Below, piece by piece: positions 55,128 through 64,000 of a stretch of 64,000 bases of DNA. The number at the start of each line of letters is the position of its first letter. The stretch's first letter is position 1. Below the pieces are notes generated by a model that was not told where the DNA came from, made no database searches, and was given only the letters and a program-made list of their open reading frames with translations. The DNA lies in the NCBI GenBank assembly GCA_002269645.1, contig NIVC01000578.1:510549-574548 (forward strand), given 5' to 3'. Both the position numbers and the translations under genes were made by a program. The stretch comes from Macrostomum lignano. Lineage: Eukaryota.

Positions 55128-58103
55128 TAATGATAGACCAAATGTTGATTTTTGCAAGTTTCTAAAACCAAATCCAAATGTAAATTTCAAATCTAAATCC
55201 AAATATCCAAATGTGTTTCCAAATGTAAGCAAAAAGTAAAAGGTAAATGGTGGGAGTAACTATGATATTTTGAAGTAACAGTAATATCTTGTCATCTAAT
55301 TAGTTATCTAAAAAAACAACTAGTCTACTCTTCAAATGAAATTGCAGGAATTAAAATTTAATAAAGAGTAAATAGTTTTGAATTGAACTTAATTTTTATA
55401 CAACTAATCTAGCTAATTCTAATTACTAATACCTACTAATGTTACATTTGTGCAATTTGAAAACTTTACTGTAAGTAGGGACTCCAGTGAGATTGTGGTA
55501 CAAATAAAAAAATGCAAAATATGACCAAAACAGTGCTACTTATAAATTCAAAAAAAGTTATCTTATATATAAAGCTGGGTGGATTAATTGATTGACTGGC
55601 CAGGTTTAATGTGTATCTCCTCTCCTAAATGGCTGGCAACTCAAATGCAAGACTTATATATATCAATGCAGAATTTTCCTACACAACAAATAGGCTATTT
55701 TAATGTTGAAATTTTCAAAATTAAGTCTGCTAAAAAAGCAGAAAACTGTTGTTTTCTTAACCTTCTTAAGCCATTTTTTCTGCTCTGAAATGAAAATTTG
55801 CATCAATTTTAAGTGATTGTGCCACAACTTTTTCCTATCTTGGCAGTGCATTTTCTCTTCAGTGAGGGGATGGGGGCATTCTAAGTAGCTGTGTGTGTAC
55901 ACTTGGACCCTTGCTAATTGGCAGACAGTGAAATTCAATGTATAAACTTGCGAGCCTCTCACTGTAGCAGACAGTGAATATACACTCAAAAATTCAATGC
56001 TTCAAACTGGGAAATTTCAAACAAACTGTTCCTCAAGTATTGAACTTTGAGAGAAGAGACTTCTATTGCTGGAAAGATCTTTCAATGCTAATATAAGTTG
56101 TTTGCTTTAAGTATGAAAACTAAAAGCACAGCATTCAAAAAACGATTTCTATACTTTTAACTTTCTGCAAAGATTGTACTCATTTTTGCAAGATGCAATA
56201 GATAAATTTGGAGGCTTCAACTTCTAACTGCCTCTGTGTATTGGAGGGTTGATTTAGATTGTGCAATCATTTTGTTAACTTTAACTGAGACTGATACTGA
56301 CTGACTGAAAAATTGATTTCACATTCAATTGGTTTAATTGGTTCAATTTTTTATTATTGGTGCCTTTCAACAGGCAGCACTGTGCAGCTCTAACCCTAAC
56401 CTTAACCACTGAATCCTTTTATTTGCATATATTTAAGCCAGACAATTAGAAAGTGTTTTTAATACACTCCAATTTAACAGAGTCTGTTGATTAAATTGAT
56501 AGATTTTTGCTTGAAGGAGATAATATTGATAGATATTCATTTAACAGAATGAATTTTGATGAATATTGGTTTCATAGAGAGGATTTTGATGGATTTAAGT
56601 TTCATGGAGAGGATATTGATAGATTTAAGTTTCACAGAGAGGATTTTGATGGAGTTCTGTTTCATAGAAAGGATTTTGATGGAGTTCTGTTTCACATAGA
56701 GGATTTTAATGAATTTCTGTTTCACGGAGAGAATTTTGATGAATATCTGTTTGACTGAGAAAGTTTTTATGAATAAAAATGTTTGAAAGAGAGGATTTTG
56801 ATGGATTTCTATTTCACGGAAAATAATTTGATGGATTTTAGAGAGGACTTAGATGATGGGATTTGGGTCAAAGGATTCAGCTGATGGATTGCGGTGATGT
56901 GAGTTCTTCCCCTCTCTTCCAACAGAAGAGTTGGCCTTATATCATACAAAATACAAATAATGAATAAATACATTTTAAAAGAGCAATAAAAATGCTATAA
57001 AATGAGACTAAACATAGATTGATTGGACAAATTTGACAAAAGTTACATTGAAGTAAAGTTTTACAATTTTGAAAGAATTTTGCAACTGTGACTATAAAAA
57101 AAAATGTTGTTTTATATTTTGAATTTTTCTAAGAAACAGTACATTTTTACATAAAATTGTGATTTTAACTATATTCTGCATATAAAAAAGGCTATTTTAC
57201 GGCCACTTTTTTTCTTAAGCTTCAGATTCTACCAAAAAGTCATGTTTATTTACTTTGTTTTACTTTTTTCAAATGGGCAATATCAAAAGCTGTGATCTGG
57301 CCATGGATTTTCCAATACAGAATTTATTGAAGAACACAATAGAATGAGTGCCATTTTCATAACAAGCTGTACTTTTCTGTACCTAGAGCCTAAAGTACCT
57401 ACTATATGAACAAGTGAATAACAATTTTAAGATATTTGCATCATTTTGAATGGCAAAAAAACAGAACACATGTCTATTTCTTTTTAATTATACATAATTA
57501 CAAAGTACTTAAGAAATACCAGTTATCAAATAAGCATGTTTCAACATTTGGTATATATGTAGGCAGGTTAAAACAATTATTTGATAGGCAAGTAGTAAGT
57601 ATAGTATAAGAAAACAAATGAAAAATATGAAAATAACATGTAATTAAACATTAAATTTTTGAAACTAGAGAAAAATGCAAAAGAATAAGGTATCATATAA
57701 AAATTGGATAAAGAATAAAAATGTTATAGAAAGAAAACTTTTTGTAAACTTTTTGCAAAGTTTTGCATAACCTTTTTATTTTTCATCTAAATTTCAAAAG
57801 TGAGGTGTATTTTTACTCATACAAACAAGATCTATTATACTACATAGTAAAAAATTAGAAATTTAGAAGCTTCAAAATCTCACTAGAGCCATGCATTTGC
57901 ATTTTGAAGAAAATTAAAATGAACAATATAACGTAAAATATTACATATTTGTTTCATAATATATTTTCTTGATTTAAAACTTTTACTTCTTTAGGGTTTC
58001 TTGATTTTTTCATATTCAGAATCAGAAGCATATTTTTTATTATTTACTAATTTAGAAATATTTGAAAAAAATTTCCAAATCCAAATATTCCAATCTATCA
58101 CTA
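55128..58103. mobile_element. Older, longer (2976 bp), deaminated copy of the same hAT family
   Basis: Ends TAATGATAGACCAAAT / CCAATCTATCACTA align to the 53137 copy with CpG>CpA/TpG changes. Exact 8-bp TSD ATTTAGAA (55120..55127 and 58104..58111). The same 28S-like segment lies at ~55242..55305. Confidence 0.8.
56530..56830. repeat. Degenerate 30-bp tandem repeat inside the old hAT copy
   Basis: Units like TTTCACAGAGAGGATTTTGATGGAGTTCTG. Confidence 0.75.
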
Positions 58104-59491
58104 ATTTAGAATAGAAGCTAGGTTAAAAAAGCTTATTAATATTTGTCTTAAAACTGAATGCTTAATGCTTATAATCTATTCTTAATAAAGTTTGGCCTAA
58201 TTCCTAAAAGGTTACTATCTAATAATATCTATTTTGTATAGACTAAAAAGTATAGTATATATCAGTATAGAACAATAATTTTATAACAGTAAAAACAAAC
58301 TTACAAGAAAGCATATGATCCATTGCAGTTATTTTGGAATTATTTATTCAATCACAATTACAACTAGAAAATAAGAAGCCTAATAAGAAGCCTAACTTTA
58401 GTAAGATAGGCCTAGCAAAATAAATTTTGTAATTAGCTTAAATTAAGTTTTTCAAAAATTTTGTGGCTAATTTCAATTGGAAGTCAGTGGTAGTAGTACT
58501 ATTAGTAGTAGTAGTAGTGCACTAATCTTTAGGCCTGTATAGCTAATCTCTAATTTGTCTCGGCCTGAAATCCACTAATCTGCTACTTTTAAGACTAGGG
58601 CTAGTAGTTTTTCTCTATAGTCTTGGACTTGGAAGTAGTCCTAGAAAACAAAATGTGGCAATTAAAGTTTTGAATAAAAATGCATTATTAGCTGTTCCTC
58701 ATTTGGCTTATCTTTGTGTATAAATAAATATTTGTTATTTGTTTACTTTTTATAGATAGTCGACAGCTACAGCTAGACTTTGAAATCGAGAGTAGGCTTA
58801 ATAACCTTCGCTGTACTTAAATTAAAGCTCCTTGACTGGACATTTACTACATTACTGGATATTGTGCTTGCGTATCATGAGTCAAATTGACGAACAGACA
58901 TCAGTGTCAGTTTCAACTTCGAGTCTAGCTTCGAGTAAATAGGCCCCTAATGCATGTTTTTAGACGAGATAAATTTTAGTTTAAACATTTAGGATCAAAA
59001 AGCGAATTTTTATATAAAAAAGGATTTTTTAACTTGTTGTTGTTTTTATCTGTTTTTTGTATTGTAGTTTTCCTGCATATTGTTAGGTAACTTTTTAATT
59101 TTACTTTTTGTTTAACTGCATTATCGACAATATAAAAGTTCTGCATATTTTAAAATTGAATCAATAGTCGAACCGTTTGTTACTGTAACGGAACTTTTCA
59201 GAGCTTGGACTTGGACGAAACAAACCTTTCGTTCCTTTGTTCATCTTAAAAGTCGTACTGCAAGTATCAAAGTATTTTTTGCTATAATATTATCATTGAA
59301 GCATTTAGAATGTCCTACAAAATGAGTTACACGTAATTGTAATTTTTTAAGGATTTTAACGTTTATTTCAACATTTACATAATAGAGTCACATATCTGTT
59401 CAGCGTATTGAACAACTAAACAGAAGGAAAATCTGACGAGCTTCTCAAGAAAAAATAAGGTCATAAATAGCGGAGGTGCATTTCCTACAAA

Positions 59492-63992
<4,501 letters not shown>

Positions 63993-64000
63993 GTAGGAGC

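Noticed and set aside
56388-56408. Interstitial telomere (CTAACCCTAACCTTAACC)
   Set aside because: Only 2-3 degenerate units, which is not distinguishable from chance or TE sequence.

Overview
Eukaryotic (metazoan) genomic DNA with GC-rich spliced genes. The style (minisatellite-filled introns, Mab-21 and DEG/ENaC family members) suggests a Macrostomum-like flatworm; this is inference only. Genes whose exons I could join in frame with GT-AG introns are: a TMCC/TEX28-like coiled-coil membrane protein (-), CoREST/RCOR (+), a DEG/ENaC channel (-), two S10 serine carboxypeptidase paralogues (-), an ankyrin-repeat + Mab-21/cGAS-like nucleotidyltransferase with a 1-nt frameshift (+), an Olig-class bHLH (+), RPL27A (-), eIF2A (-) and SLC38A9 (+, runs off the window). 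There is also a decayed EGFR-like ectodomain pseudogene and a possible orphan ORF. Most long introns carry their own private minisatellite. Two AT-rich, CpG-poor, MITE-filled blocks (about 6.5-14 kb and 54.4-58.7 kb) lie at the two head-to-head gene pairs. The most striking observations are: (1) an hAT-type element family (two copies, each with an 8-bp TSD) carrying a ~100-bp 28S rRNA fragment centred on the R2/I-PpoI target, with the cleavage core mutated; (2) directional C>T/G>A decay of the older copy; (3) an array of 11 in-phase GTGAGT splice donors in the ENaC gene that could add n x 14-aa Cys-containing units; (4) the ANK-cGLR fusion; (5) a partly homogenised carboxypeptidase pair with different predicted targeting. 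All coordinates were read by hand and may be off by a few bases.
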